Source: Candidatus Bathyarchaeota archaeon (GTDB lineage Archaea > Thermoproteota > Bathyarchaeia > Bathyarchaeales > Bathycorpusculaceae). Taken from it: 64,000 nt of DNA. Shown one piece after another: positions 48,758 through 59,320 of the stretch. Made by a program: the position numbers and the translations under genes. How positions within the stretch are numbered: the first letter of the stretch is position 1; each line of letters begins with the position of its first letter. Location: contig OY970176.1 of assembly GCA_963707955.1 (NCBI GenBank), positions 320,001-384,000 on the forward strand, given 5' to 3'. The notes under the pieces were generated by a model. That model had not been told where the DNA came from. It saw only the letters and a program-made list of their open reading frames with translations, and did no database searches.

Positions 48758-49795
48758 TTAGCAAACGTCTACAGTGGGACTTATTTTAGTTAGATCGTTC
48801 AACACTGCGTAAGCCGTCTGCCTGAGACCCGAAAACTGTGCTGAGACAAAGACTTGCTGCGATGTCTTGAACGAAAGTTTCAACCCCATATGTCCTCCGT
48901 TGACTGTGGCCAAAGGGTCGTCCAGCGGTATGAGCCGTGGTTCGACATGCATTTCAAGCTTGGTTCCTCTCTTTGAGATTTCGCACACCAATTTCACTCT
49001 TCTGTTCAGTTCTTTGGCTTTCTCAACCATCGGCCCCACGTTTCTTATTCCTTCTACCTTCACGTTCTCCAGTTTTGCGTCGTTCTTGAAGAGCGAATTG
49101 GCCAGCATCACTACTTTTCTGGCCGCATCTATTCCGTCTACATCGTCAGAGTAGTTTGTCTCGGCCCACCCTGCTTCTATTGCATACTTCAAGGCTTCTT
49201 GGAAATCTCTGCCCCTCTCCATTTCGCCTATTATGAAGTTCGTTGTAGCGTTGAGTATCCCTTGAAGACTCAGAAGCTCATCAGCCCTGAAACATGAATC
49301 AATCAGGCAGAAGATGGGAACATGAGCTGCAACCGTTGCCTCGTAGAGGAGCTTGACATGATTGCTTCTGGCCAGCTTCGTGAGGTTGCTGTATGCGACG
49401 ACAAGAGGACCCTTGTTGGCCGTGACAACGTTCTTTTTCATCATCAAGGCGGTCCTAATGTGGGATAGGCCTGGCTCACCTGACGGTGTAGACGGCGTCA
49501 GTTCCACGACTACGTCGCTTTCGATGTCGCTAATGGCCTCTGATGCTGTGTATCCATTAACATATTGACTGGCGCCTTTCCATCGATTATCCTTATGCTT
49601 CAACACTTTTCCTAAATCTAGACCTTTCTCATCCACTGCCGTCCCTTTCGAATCGGAAATTGAAACCAGTGTGAGATCGACTCCCAGAGCTTTCAGAGTG
49701 CCTTGTTTCTCTCTTACTAGAGAGAGAAGACTCTTGCCAACATTTCCCAAGCCTACGAGTTGTATCTTCATATAGGAAGTCTTGTCGTCGCCCAT
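48758..49795 (-). CDS. hom: Homoserine dehydrogenase
   Basis: GLGNVG, VVTANKGP, YEATV, GILNATTNFI, DVDGIDAARK. Confidence 0.9.
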   Translation of the reverse strand: MGDDKTSYMKIQLVGLGNVGKSLLSLVREKQGTLKALGVDLTLVSISDSKGTAVDEKGLDLGKVLKHKDNRWKGASQYVNGYTASEAISDIESDVVVELTPSTPSGEPGLSHIRTALMMKKNVVTANKGPLVVAYSNLTKLARSNHVKLLYEATVAAHVPIFCLIDSCFRADELLSLQGILNATTNFIIGEMERGRDFQEALKYAIEAGWAETNYSDDVDGIDAARKVVMLANSLFKNDAKLENVKVEGIRNVGPMVEKAKELNRRVKLVCEISKRGTKLEMHVEPRLIPLDDPLATVNGGHMGLKLSFKTSQQVFVSAQFSGLRQTAYAVLNDLTKISPTVDVC

Positions 49796-49924
49796 ATTTT
49801 AGACTTCGTTCATTCTTTTTGTTGATTGCGGAATTAGGCTCAAAAGATCAAACAAGTGCAAATCTTGCTTGAGGAAATTTGAAATAGTTACAGATTGCGA
49901 GTCAAGGATAGTGAGAGTTTTGAT

Positions 49925-50092
49925 TCAGCTCTTGCGCACAATAAACGACAACAAGAATGATGCAAATAGACAGATCATTCCCGCAAGGAACATCGTCGCA
50001 GCGGTTCTCCATGGTTCCTCGGGAGTTGGACAGACGCCATGGGAGAAGGAGGAGAACGCTGAGAATAGGAACGTCGTTGAACCCAAAACCAT
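49925..50092 (-). CDS. Possible small membrane protein (55 aa)
   Basis: MVLGSTTFLFSAFSSFSHGVCPTPEEPWRTAATMFLAGMICLFASFLLSFIVRKS*. Confidence 0.3.
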   Translation of the reverse strand: MVLGSTTFLFSAFSSFSHGVCPTPEEPWRTAATMFLAGMICLFASFLLSFIVRKS

Positions 50093-50275
50093 GAATCTTC
50101 GGTTGAAGCAGCCTCCTCGCCGTGAAGACCAGTAACCTACAGAAGCCTCAGGCTGAGTGGACCTGATGTTCTAGAATAGGAAGTCTTTGATCAGTCTTAC
50201 AAAATTCTCTTCAAATTCCCCTTGACAAGCACAAAAGATTTCTATAGTGTTCGCAGTTTAAGGAACTGAGGAACA

Positions 50276-50638
50276 ATGTTGGATAGTGTTAATGAGTTCA
50301 AAAAATATCGCGAACGAATGAATTCACGAATCCTCTCTGGCGGAAACCTTGGAATCAAACGGTTCTTTGCGTTAGACAACCAAGCTTACGAAAAAGGTGT
50401 GTTGGATGTTAAGACTAAGGAGCTACTGGGACTAGTTGCATCCATGGTATTACGCTGCGACGACTGCATTTCTTATCATGTCATCCGCTGTGTTCAGGAA
50501 GGCGTCAGCGACGAGCAGTTCTTCGAGGCCCTGAACATCGCATTGATCGTCGGTGGCTCAATCACCATTCCCCACATTCGACGGGCGGTGGAAACAATGG
50601 ATCAATGCAGAGAGAAGCAAAAAAACAAGGGACATTAG
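50276..50638 (+). CDS. Carboxymuconolactone decarboxylase/AhpD family protein
   Basis: LDVKTKELLGLVAS..LRCDDCISYH..VGGSITIPH. Confidence 0.9.
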   Translation: MLDSVNEFKKYRERMNSRILSGGNLGIKRFFALDNQAYEKGVLDVKTKELLGLVASMVLRCDDCISYHVIRCVQEGVSDEQFFEALNIALIVGGSITIPHIRRAVETMDQCREKQKNKGH

Positions 50639-50963
50639 ACGCCTTTCTTGGAAAAGAACACTGCTGCCAAAAAGAAAAAGGAAGAAGACTATGCTGTGTG
50701 CCCAAAGTTGGCAAGTATTACTATGTCAAAACCTTCGACCGTGCCGTCGCCGTTCAGATCGGCTTCGGGATTCCAGTTTGGATCTCCGGGGTGAGCACCG
50801 AAGGCTTTAGCAGCCAATATTGCATCGCGCGCGCTGAGACTATTATAAGCGTTCTAGAATAGTCCTCTATCGAAAATCCACAGCTCCTATGGTCGAGTTA
50901 AGGGTCGGCAAACAAACCTGGATGTTGACCCGAGCAGCCAATTTCCCTTTTCAAACCGATACA

Positions 50964-52226
50964 TCATTGCCGAGCATCGGAGGCAGCAGTTTTGGTCAAT
51001 CCGCGCAACATCTCCGTCAATCTACCCGCCGAAACCTCTGACCGTACTCCCCTTGAACTGAAATGAGTCGACGAGGCTTGAAAACCTTCTTTTCGCAACG
51101 CTTCGATGACAACCTTGACAGGTGGAACTGGCAGGTTTAGGACATCACACATCTTGTCAATCACAAAGTACGTGAACGGAGCGCTAGACTCACTCTTGAT
51201 CAAGCTCAACGTTTTCGCTATTTTTACCCCAAATCTTAGCCTCCTTTTTCGACTTTCCTGTTCCATCATATCGCAGAAACCAGTGTCAAACAACTTCCCG
51301 AGCCACAGAGGGCCAGCAGCCCTCAGCCTTGAGCCGCACTCTCTGCACTCTCTCGAATGATCAACTTCGAACAGGCCCTTTTTGGTTTCCCTGTGGAAGC
51401 ATTTGAAGCAGTGTAGGACAAAACCCATGTTTCCCATGCTTTCATCAGCGCTTTTTGCTCCATACTTCACGGTTGCGTAAACCCTAGCGTAATGTTCTCC
51501 CCGATGCGTGAAGACCACGTTCACGCCTAGATCGTGCTTAGCAGCTACGGTGGTCAGACATCCAGCTATCAGTCTCGCAGCTAGTTCATGGCAGTATTCG
51601 GTTCGCAGAGGGTTTCCACCGTATTTTCTCATACATGCTCTTGGGTGAATCCCACACAGAGATGCCATGTCAGTAGCTGTAAGAGCAAGAAGACCCCCAT
51701 CACGCAGGGCGCGAACCGCGGAATCGAGGAATGGCACTGGGGAGCCGAAGGGGTCGATATCTATGAAGTCAAACCGCATGTGCGGAGCGCTGTAACTGCT
51801 CAGGACAAAGTTTGCTTCTTTCTTTGTCACGGTAATGCAATTAGCAAGACCGTTCATCTGCACGTTGTAACTTGCAAGGCGGAAAGCCTGCTCATTGATG
51901 TCGTTCAACACAGTTTTTCCCACTCCTTCGACTTCCACGGCAAATCGTATGCCTCTCAAGCCGCAGCCAGTCAAGGGTTCGCACACAGAGATCTTGCGCT
52001 CAATTTTTCTCTGATACGCTTGTAGTGCCAGAACAGCTAAGTCGCGATTAAATTCCATGACGGGGTTGTAGAACACAGGGGCCTTGGAAGGCGCATAATC
52101 AGAAGGCAGCTTCACGAACGCCTTAAGTTCGGGAACCAAAACCTTGACTCTGCCCTCTTCGATGATCTGTGTAGGAAAATTCGGTTTGAAACTCTCAAGA
52201 ATCACGTTGCGGTTGTTCCTCAACAT
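50964..52226 (-). CDS. trm1: tRNA (guanine-N2)-dimethyltransferase
   Basis: VFYNPVMEFNRD, GLRGIRF, IDIDPFGSP, TATD, CFKC/CRECG, GPLWLG. Confidence 0.95.
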   Translation of the reverse strand: MLRNNRNVILESFKPNFPTQIIEEGRVKVLVPELKAFVKLPSDYAPSKAPVFYNPVMEFNRDLAVLALQAYQRKIERKISVCEPLTGCGLRGIRFAVEVEGVGKTVLNDINEQAFRLASYNVQMNGLANCITVTKKEANFVLSSYSAPHMRFDFIDIDPFGSPVPFLDSAVRALRDGGLLALTATDMASLCGIHPRACMRKYGGNPLRTEYCHELAARLIAGCLTTVAAKHDLGVNVVFTHRGEHYARVYATVKYGAKSADESMGNMGFVLHCFKCFHRETKKGLFEVDHSRECRECGSRLRAAGPLWLGKLFDTGFCDMMEQESRKRRLRFGVKIAKTLSLIKSESSAPFTYFVIDKMCDVLNLPVPPVKVVIEALRKEGFQASSTHFSSRGVRSEVSAGRLTEMLRGLTKTAASDARQ

Positions 52227-52264
52227 GGTTACGGAAAACTCTTTAAGACAATATTAGACTTCTG

Positions 52265-52840
52265 GTGTTGAGCGAAGAACAGTTGAAGAAACGTCTGTTA
52301 CTCATAACAGGCAGTCCAGGCGTCGGCAAAACAACTCTTTTGCTGAAGGTTATTGAGGCCTTGAAAGCTAAGGGTTACAGGGTCGGAGGAATGATAAGCC
52401 GTGATGTTCGCATGTCTGGAAGTCGCGTCGGTTTCGAGGTAACGGACTTGAACAGTAACAAGAAGGGTTGGCTAGCGAGCGTGCACCAAGAACGGGGCCC
52501 GCAAGTTGGAAAATACCGCGTTGACATTGATGACCTGAATGAGGTAGGTGTGAAAGCTATACTGGAAGCTTGTGAAAAACTTGACGTTGTCGTCATTGAC
52601 GAGATTGGACCAATGGAGCTCTTTTCAGAACAGTTCAGGGAAACTGTCAAAAAGGCTGTTGAAAGCAAGAGGCTCGTTGTTTCTACGATTCACCGGAAAA
52701 TGGGTAACGAGTTGATAGACAGTATAAAGAAAAGAGAAGACGCTAAAATACACATTCTCACTTACGTTAACAGGGAGCATGTGCTTGAAACAATCATTAG
52801 AGAGGCATTGGACTTTCTGTGGAAGGTTGATGCTGAATAA
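52265..52840 (+). CDS. Nucleoside-triphosphatase (THEP1/NTPase_1)
   Basis: ITGSPGVGKTT, RVGF, VGKYRV, VIDEIGPMEL. Confidence 0.93.
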   Translation: MLSEEQLKKRLLLITGSPGVGKTTLLLKVIEALKAKGYRVGGMISRDVRMSGSRVGFEVTDLNSNKKGWLASVHQERGPQVGKYRVDIDDLNEVGVKAILEACEKLDVVVIDEIGPMELFSEQFRETVKKAVESKRLVVSTIHRKMGNELIDSIKKREDAKIHILTYVNREHVLETIIREALDFLWKVDAE

Positions 52841-52870
52841 AGGGTTATAACTTTGAAGCCAAAATAACTC

Positions 52871-53554
52871 TTGAAGAAGAGACTGGTTCTGATGTTGGTA
52901 GCGGGCGTCGACGATGCAGGCCGTGGCGCCGTGATTGGCCCGTTGGTTATCGCAGGCGTTTTGGTCAAAGAAGAGGATTTGCCGAGGCTTAAAGAATTGG
53001 GTGTTAAGGATTCTAAGCTCTTGTCTCCGCACAGGAGAGAGGTGCTGGCACCTGAAATCAGAAAGATTGTTCAGAAATATGCTGTGCTGAAGCTTCAGCC
53101 AGAAGAGATAGATTTGGTTGTGAAGAGCGGCCGGAAGCTTCACAAGTTGAACTGGTTGGAAGCGCAAACCATGGCAAGGGTAATAGAGACACTTAAACCG
53201 GACAGGGTTTACGTCGATGCTTCTGACGTTTTGGAAGAGCGGTTTAAACAGCACATCCTAGAGTGTATGTCTTTCAGAGTTGACATTATCTCTGAACACA
53301 AGGCCGATCGAAACTACGTGGCGGTTTCAGCAGCTTCGATAATCGCTAAAGTCGAGAGGGACCGAGAAGTTGCAGAGCTCGCGCGGGTCTACGGAGATTT
53401 TGGATCGGGCTATCCCTCGGACCAAAGAACAATGAATTTTCTGAAACAGCTGGTGGAGAGAACGGGGGAGTACCCTGAATTCATAAGAAAGTCGTGGAAA
53501 CCTGCGAAGAAAGTCAAGGACGGAAGAGGTTCGCATCAGACGAAGCTTGCTTGA
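52871..53554 (+). CDS. rnhB: Ribonuclease HII
   Basis: GVDDAGRG, VKDSK, YVDA, HKAD, AASIIAKVERD, GSGYPSD. Confidence 0.95.
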   Translation: MKKRLVLMLVAGVDDAGRGAVIGPLVIAGVLVKEEDLPRLKELGVKDSKLLSPHRREVLAPEIRKIVQKYAVLKLQPEEIDLVVKSGRKLHKLNWLEAQTMARVIETLKPDRVYVDASDVLEERFKQHILECMSFRVDIISEHKADRNYVAVSAASIIAKVERDREVAELARVYGDFGSGYPSDQRTMNFLKQLVERTGEYPEFIRKSWKPAKKVKDGRGSHQTKLA

Positions 53555-54497
53555 AGTTTGCAATTAGGTCTTCTGGACCCTTGATCCTGGAAAACTCTTC
53601 ACTGCTGATGCATTGAATATCCTTCTCTCGTACTCCTTGACTTTCAGTAATGAGAATAGGATGAGCCTTCACGATTCTGCTTACGCTTAGAATCTCGTCA
53701 ACTCTTCTATTCAGCTCCTGTTCCTTGTCGTTAGCGACTCCGCCTATTATCTGAACGTCTTCTTTCGGCACACTCAGTACGAAGTCAAAAGGCGCCTTCT
53801 TTACGGTTGTGACGTGCAGTGGAGCAAGCCTCTTTAGAATCATGTTCAGGAACTTGCTCTTGGCAAAAACACGTCTAGCGCTCGTCAAGATGTATTGTTT
53901 GCGTCGAGCGCTTGACTCTTGAAAGATGTCCACTGGCTTAGCCACTGGGATTCCGAGGGTCCATATCAGATTGTAAGCCGCGGATACGGAAGCCTTGGCT
54001 AGGCCCCTTTCATAGCCATAAACGGTTCTTCGCGACATACCCACCATGTCAGCCGTTTCCCCGACTGATAGGTCCATTTTCTGTCTCCTCTGCTTGAGTG
54101 CTTCTCCGTCGATTTCAACGTAGTAACCGCCAGGGCTGGCCTGAATCAACGGACGAACGTTGTGGAGCACAACGTTCTCGAAAGTTCTTGCCGTGACGGC
54201 GAGGATGTTATGTCTTCTGTAGATCGTGTCGTCCTCAAGAGGTTTTTCCCGTGCCTCCTCGCCAATCAGCAAGGAAGCGGCTGAGAAGTTTCTTGCTATT
54301 TCTCCGAGCTCTTGGGAGTCATTCAGAGACATATTCCCGATGTCATGCTGAATCTTGATGAAGATTAGACTCTTTTCTCTCCTTGCTGCGAAGTCGAAGC
54401 AGCTCGGACGAGATGTGCATGTTTGGGAGACGGTGAAACCAGCTTGTCGTAGAAGGGCTTCTGCAGTTTCTAAGTGCTCCCTTCCCCCATGAGCCAT
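53514..54497 (-). CDS. Archaeal HTH-type transcriptional regulator (nuclease-like N-domain plus XRE HTH)
   Basis: SCFDFAAR, PGGYYVEIDG, SRRTVYGYERG, APFD. Confidence 0.85.
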   Translation of the reverse strand: MAHGGREHLETAEALLRQAGFTVSQTCTSRPSCFDFAARREKSLIFIKIQHDIGNMSLNDSQELGEIARNFSAASLLIGEEAREKPLEDDTIYRRHNILAVTARTFENVVLHNVRPLIQASPGGYYVEIDGEALKQRRQKMDLSVGETADMVGMSRRTVYGYERGLAKASVSAAYNLIWTLGIPVAKPVDIFQESSARRKQYILTSARRVFAKSKFLNMILKRLAPLHVTTVKKAPFDFVLSVPKEDVQIIGGVANDKEQELNRRVDEILSVSRIVKAHPILITESQGVREKDIQCISSEEFSRIKGPEDLIANFKQASSDANLFRP

Positions 54498-54563
54498 ACA
54501 ACCGCCACGTTAAACATGAATTACATTGTGAGATATAAACAATGCTTGTCTTCTAGAACTCAG

Positions 54564-55259
54564 TTACACGTGAGCCACGATCATGGCATGCGCTTTGTCG
54601 TAAGGTTCCAGATGCACGACTTCTTCAACCTTGAAACCATGGTTCTCTAGGACCTTGACTTCGCGCTTGTAGACTTCAGCGGGCTCCTTTGTCACGTCTA
54701 TACTCTGCGCCTTCACTGCAAGCATCACCCATCCGGAGTCTTTGAGGAATTGGTCTGCGTTGTCTGCCAGAACCTTTGCTTGTTCAGGCTGGGCTATGTC
54801 GCAGTAGATGTCATCAACCTTTCCGCGTATGAACATCGCATATTTCTGGGGAAAACGAGCATCTTCAAGGATCGGCGACATGTTCATCCTGTAGGTGCAC
54901 ACGTTGTCAACCAGATCTCTTATAGATCGGGAGGCGAACTCTACGCAGTACATGTGGCCTTTTTCTCCGATGATGTCCGAAACGTGGCTCGCTGTTGTTC
55001 CCGAAGCAGCTCCCAGATAAAGAACCACATGCTTTGGTTTGACCGGAACCGTTTTCAAACCTTTCAGGATTGCTGCCGCCAACTTACTTCTAAACGCGTC
55101 CCAGAGTCTGTATTCGACACGTTCGCACCGTATCAGCCTTTCACCGTAGACGTTTCTTCCCGGTGCCAGGTTTCTAGTGGCTAGTCTTCGCGCGCCATCC
55201 TCAAGAGTCACATCATATACTTCGGCAAATTTCGGATGCGGTTTGACCTTAACGATCAC
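54564..55259 (-). CDS. flpA: Fibrillarin-like rRNA/tRNA 2'-O-methyltransferase
   Basis: VYGE, RSKLAAAI, LYLGAASGTTASHVSD, DIAQPEQA, LEPYDKAH. Confidence 0.96.
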   Translation of the reverse strand: MIVKVKPHPKFAEVYDVTLEDGARRLATRNLAPGRNVYGERLIRCERVEYRLWDAFRSKLAAAILKGLKTVPVKPKHVVLYLGAASGTTASHVSDIIGEKGHMYCVEFASRSIRDLVDNVCTYRMNMSPILEDARFPQKYAMFIRGKVDDIYCDIAQPEQAKVLADNADQFLKDSGWVMLAVKAQSIDVTKEPAEVYKREVKVLENHGFKVEEVVHLEPYDKAHAMIVAHV

Positions 55260-56481
55260 GCCTGTGTTTTCCCCATTTCTTCCTGTCTCTGGGCTTTTCA
55301 TGTCTAGGTCTGCTAACTGGCAACTGAGGCGGTTGATCATACTTCTGGTGGATCTCTTCGATTCGTCTGTCCATGTTGGCTTTCAGCTCTTTACCTATGG
55401 ACCTGCCTCCGAAGGCGTCTGCCCTGGCAGCTATGGCCAACTTTCCTGCGATGGCCCTAGCGATTTTCCCTCTCTGCCATTTCTTCGCGTCATGCAACAG
55501 CGTGTGCTGGAAAATTAACCCGTGCTTCGGCGGCCTCGTACCAGTTTTTAATGAGCGGAACAGGGCTTTCTCAGCGCCTAGGACCTGAATCGTGCTTGCC
55601 GGCCTCTTGGCCAGATTCATCAGGCCTCCTGATAACGCTATTAAGCGCGCCCCTAGAAGCGAGCCTACCAAGTATTTTGTGTTTGGTGCAACCTCTTCCA
55701 TGGTTGAGTCCAAGTAGGTTTCCAAATTTTGACGAATTTTGTACAGGTTCATAATGTTGCTGCACAATGCCTGAATCTGTTTTAAATCGGCATCGTCGAG
55801 GTCTGCGCCCATTGATTTTTCTGCAACCTTTGCTATCGCTTCGGCCTTTGATTTCGGAACTTCCTCGCCTTCAAGCCTGTCGATTGTGAAGTTGTCCTTG
55901 TTGCCCAGTTTGACCACGAGCCGCGCGTACGTCTCATGCTTGTCCAGCAGACGGTCCAGCTCGGGGAAGTGTATGCCGTACCATTCTCTCACCCTAGCCA
56001 TGAGCATGTTTATGGTCTTGTCCAACTCGTCCAAGCTTTGGATGGCTTGGGCAACGACGAGGTCTCTTTTCTCGACGGCTCCTTTGACCCGTAGCTTAGT
56101 GATTTCCATCGTGACGTTGTGGGTCCACAGGGCAAACTCGTCAGCGTCTTTGACGAACCCGGCTTTGACCGCAAACCTTTCAGGCTTGGACCGAAGAAGT
56201 TCCCCCGCGTCTGAAGGGTTCGACACTTCAACTTTGATCCCGAGTTTCTTTTGAACTTCGTCGGCAAGGTTTGCGTTTTCGAAGACGAAATCGTCGTAGC
56301 CTTTTTCCCTGAGCGCACTGATCAGGCTGGAGACCTCTTCAGTCATCTTTCCAGCTTCCATCTTAACGAGGGTTTTCGCTGCGCTCTGCGGGTTCTTTGG
56401 GAATAAGACTGTCGCTATAAGCTTGTTTTCCGCGTCGAAAGCCAGTGTTCCAAAGGAGCCCTCAACTATCGTCACTTTCAT
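55249..56481 (-). CDS. nop5: C/D box sRNP protein Nop5/Nop56
   Basis: REWYGIHFPEL, APN, PASTIQVLGAEKALF, PKHGLIF, RGKIAR. Confidence 0.96.
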   Translation of the reverse strand: MKVTIVEGSFGTLAFDAENKLIATVLFPKNPQSAAKTLVKMEAGKMTEEVSSLISALREKGYDDFVFENANLADEVQKKLGIKVEVSNPSDAGELLRSKPERFAVKAGFVKDADEFALWTHNVTMEITKLRVKGAVEKRDLVVAQAIQSLDELDKTINMLMARVREWYGIHFPELDRLLDKHETYARLVVKLGNKDNFTIDRLEGEEVPKSKAEAIAKVAEKSMGADLDDADLKQIQALCSNIMNLYKIRQNLETYLDSTMEEVAPNTKYLVGSLLGARLIALSGGLMNLAKRPASTIQVLGAEKALFRSLKTGTRPPKHGLIFQHTLLHDAKKWQRGKIARAIAGKLAIAARADAFGGRSIGKELKANMDRRIEEIHQKYDQPPQLPVSRPRHEKPRDRKKWGKHRRDR

Positions 56482-56625
56482 TCGAATGCCTCAGCACTAC
56501 TATTGCAGAGGTTAGTGTTAATAAAAACTTACTGGGGTCAGGGAGTCCGCCGTTCCAAAGCGTCTCTTTAGTAGAACTAATATAATTGGTAGGCTTAATA
56601 AGGAGCTGGCCAAGGTGCAAAACGG

Positions 56626-57546
56626 GTGAAAGACGCTGGTTTGGGCGTTGATCTGGCGGGTTTGAGGCTTGCCAATCCGACCATGTTGGCCTCTGGGATT
56701 TTAGGTTACTCCGTTGAAACGCTGTCAAACATCGTTAAGGCCGGAGCGGGAGCGGTGGTGACTAAGTCAGTTTCAGCGAAGCCAAGGGAAGGTTACGCAA
56801 ACCCAACGGTTGTCCAAGCAGACTGCGGTTTGATCAACGCGGTTGGGCTTCCAAACCCTGGGATAGAGGAGTTTGCCAAGGAGATTCGCCGTGCGAAAGC
56901 CATCGCGAGTGTGCCTCTCGTCGTCAGCGTCTTCGGTTTTTCGGCTGAAGAGTACGCGTCAGTGGCAAGAAAAGCCGTCGGTGCAGGCGCGGATGGAGTG
57001 GAGCTTAACGTTTCATGTCCACACGTCAAGGACACGGGTTCGGAGATCGGTCAGGACCCGAAGATTCTAACTCAGGTCATTCGAAAGGTCAAGGCCTCCG
57101 TGGATAAACCTGTGCTCGTAAAGTTGTCGCCCAACGTCACGAGCATGTCAGACGTCGCAGGTGCCGCTGTGCGTGCTGGGGCGGATGCCTTGACGGTTAT
57201 GAACACGGTGAAAGCGATGGCCATAGACGTTGAAACAACGATGCCCGTCTTGGCGAACAGAGTAGGAGGCTTGTCAGGCGCAGCAGTGAAACCAATCGCG
57301 CTTAGGAACGTTTACGAAGTTTACGAGCAAGTCGATGTTCCAATAGTAGGCTGCGGAGGAATAACCAACTGGCGTGACGCGGTGGAATTCCTCTTAGCAG
57401 GGGCTTCAGCTGTTCAAATAGGCACGGCGATAGCCAATGAAGGGCTCGGAGTGTTCAGGGCAGTTACTCGCGGAATAGGTGTATACCTGAGAAAGAAAGG
57501 TTTGAGGAGCGTGAGTGAAATCGTTGGTCTGTCACACCGCAGCTAA
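56626..57546 (+). CDS. pyrD: Dihydroorotate dehydrogenase (family 1B catalytic subunit)
   Basis: LASG, TKS, NAVGLPNPG, ELNVSCPH, KLSPN, NT, GGLSG, VQIGT. Confidence 0.95.
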   Translation: MKDAGLGVDLAGLRLANPTMLASGILGYSVETLSNIVKAGAGAVVTKSVSAKPREGYANPTVVQADCGLINAVGLPNPGIEEFAKEIRRAKAIASVPLVVSVFGFSAEEYASVARKAVGAGADGVELNVSCPHVKDTGSEIGQDPKILTQVIRKVKASVDKPVLVKLSPNVTSMSDVAGAAVRAGADALTVMNTVKAMAIDVETTMPVLANRVGGLSGAAVKPIALRNVYEVYEQVDVPIVGCGGITNWRDAVEFLLAGASAVQIGTAIANEGLGVFRAVTRGIGVYLRKKGLRSVSEIVGLSHRS

Positions 57547-58348
57547 CCAGCTTAGGACCAAGCCCATCATCAACATAAGAGCAGAGAGCCCAACGGTCAA
57601 GACTTTTGTCTTCAAAGACGAACAGTGTGCAAGGGCCAAGGCGGGCCAATTCTTGATGCTGTGGATTCCCGGCGTGGATGAGATCCCGCTGAGCATCATG
57701 GATGCGAGAGAGGATGGAAGAGTCGCTGTTTCCGTCAAGGCTTTGGGTGAAGCCACTGTAGCGTTGCACCAGAAAAGAGTAGGCGAACCTGTCGGCGTGC
57801 GAGGCCCGTTTGGCAATAGCTTCACATTGAACGGACGCAAACCTCTCATAGTAGGCGGTGGGACGGGGATCGCGCCGCTCATGTTTTTGACCAGGAGGTT
57901 GATTTCAAAGGCAGTGAGCACGACGTTTGTGTTGGGGGCAAAGACAAGAGACGAATTGCTGTTCAGAAGCGAATTGGAAAAGCTTGGAGCGAAAAGGGTT
58001 CGTCTTGTGACGTCGACGGAGGACGGGAACTGCGGCCTCACGGGATTGTGCACTGAACCTTTAGAGCAGATGTTGGCTAGAGAAAGGTTTGACGTGATCT
58101 ACGTTTGTGGGCCCGAGCAGATGATACTGAAGGTTTTTGAGTTGGCTGAACAGCGCGGCGCAGAGATGCAGGCAAGCTTGGAACGCCTGATGCGATGCGC
58201 CATCGGCCTGTGTGGAAGCTGTGTGATCGGCAAGTACAGAGTCTGCGCGGACGGACCCGTGTTCACTTCAAAACAGCTTAGGCATGTTAGGAACGAGTTC
58301 GGTTTATCCAAGCGGGACCGATGCGGAAAAAAGGTGCCGCTCGACTGA
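57515..58348 (+). CDS. pyrK: Dihydroorotate dehydrogenase electron transfer subunit
   Basis: GQFLM, RGPFGN, GGGTGIAP, CGP, ERLMRCAIGLCGSC..VCADGPVF. Confidence 0.95.
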   Translation: MKSLVCHTAANQLRTKPIINIRAESPTVKTFVFKDEQCARAKAGQFLMLWIPGVDEIPLSIMDAREDGRVAVSVKALGEATVALHQKRVGEPVGVRGPFGNSFTLNGRKPLIVGGGTGIAPLMFLTRRLISKAVSTTFVLGAKTRDELLFRSELEKLGAKRVRLVTSTEDGNCGLTGLCTEPLEQMLARERFDVIYVCGPEQMILKVFELAEQRGAEMQASLERLMRCAIGLCGSCVIGKYRVCADGPVFTSKQLRHVRNEFGLSKRDRCGKKVPLD

Positions 58349-58381
58349 GCCTGAGCGGTGTCGATACGAATTTGTGGAATA

Positions 58382-58835
58382 CGCTACATCCCTGTATTCG
58401 CGTTTTTCCCCTTCTATTCCACCCTCCCCCTCCCCCCTAGGGTACTAGTACTGCATGTAGCCATTGGGCAAGGCCCTACTGACTTGACGCGGGTCTCAAG
58501 CCAAGCGCGTATCGAGGTCTTGGGGCAGAGTCTCGGCAAGGGTAGTGACTGTCAATGCGCTCAACCGTCACGCGTATTCTGGTTTCATCTGCCCCATTCA
58601 GAGCCTGTCAACTTGCCTGTCCCTTCTAGCGCGCATGCTTGTTCCTAAATTCCTAGATTCCGATCAAGAGGAAGGCATGACGTTTTTCGATGGTGACCGT
58701 CACGGTTCGGCTGGGTTCTTGCTTGCTCACACCCTCCCCCCCGGGTATCCTATATGATCCAAATATGATTGAAGAGCAAAATGAGCAGCACAAGCCACTT
58801 CCCAAAAGAATTCAGGAACACGCTAACGCGCGCAT
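58382..58835 (+). repeat. Dispersed non-coding repeat, copy B (composite; 5' part matches copy A, 3' part matches copy C)
   Basis: Sequence blocks shared with 41827-42077 and 45602-45748; two CCCTCCCCCC..GGGT motifs. Confidence 0.85.
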
Positions 58836-58985
58836 TGGATAATCTGTTTCTCGACACTTTTTGCTGACAAGCCAGTTCAGCTTTTCAGTTTGTGGATGTT
58901 CAAACAGGTTTCCTACCCTTAGAAAGCCGGCGAGTCTACATTGAACAGCTGGATTACGTGCCGAGGCCGAAACGGGAGTTGATGC

Positions 58986-59165
58986 TTATTCCTTTACTTG
59001 CTTGTGTCTGGAAACACGCCAAGCATTGAGCCAAAGAAAAACAGCCCAGACAGACACTATTACCCAATTGATTACTGATAAGGACAGGAGGTTGAAAATC
59101 AAGAACGATAAGGACAAAGTTAAGAATATGCCGACAATGAAGGCAAAAGGACTGTCTTTCCTCAA
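58986..59165 (-). CDS. Small two-TM membrane protein (59 aa; not in ORF track)
   Basis: MRKDSPFAFIVGIFLTLSLSFLIFNLLSLSVINWVIVSVWAVFLWLNAWRVSRHKQVKE*. Confidence 0.45.
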   Translation of the reverse strand: MRKDSPFAFIVGIFLTLSLSFLIFNLLSLSVINWVIVSVWAVFLWLNAWRVSRHKQVKE

Positions 59166-59320
59166 TTTACCCCTAACGATAAGTACTTTCTGCTATCCTA
59201 TAAGCATTCGTTCACGGCTCGATAGCGCGCGCGGGGTCAGCCCTTCCTCAGGCGTTCACGCAAAACTTTTCAAACACTGACTGATTTGCACTGGACCTGC
59301 GAGTGCGAGCATGCGCAACG

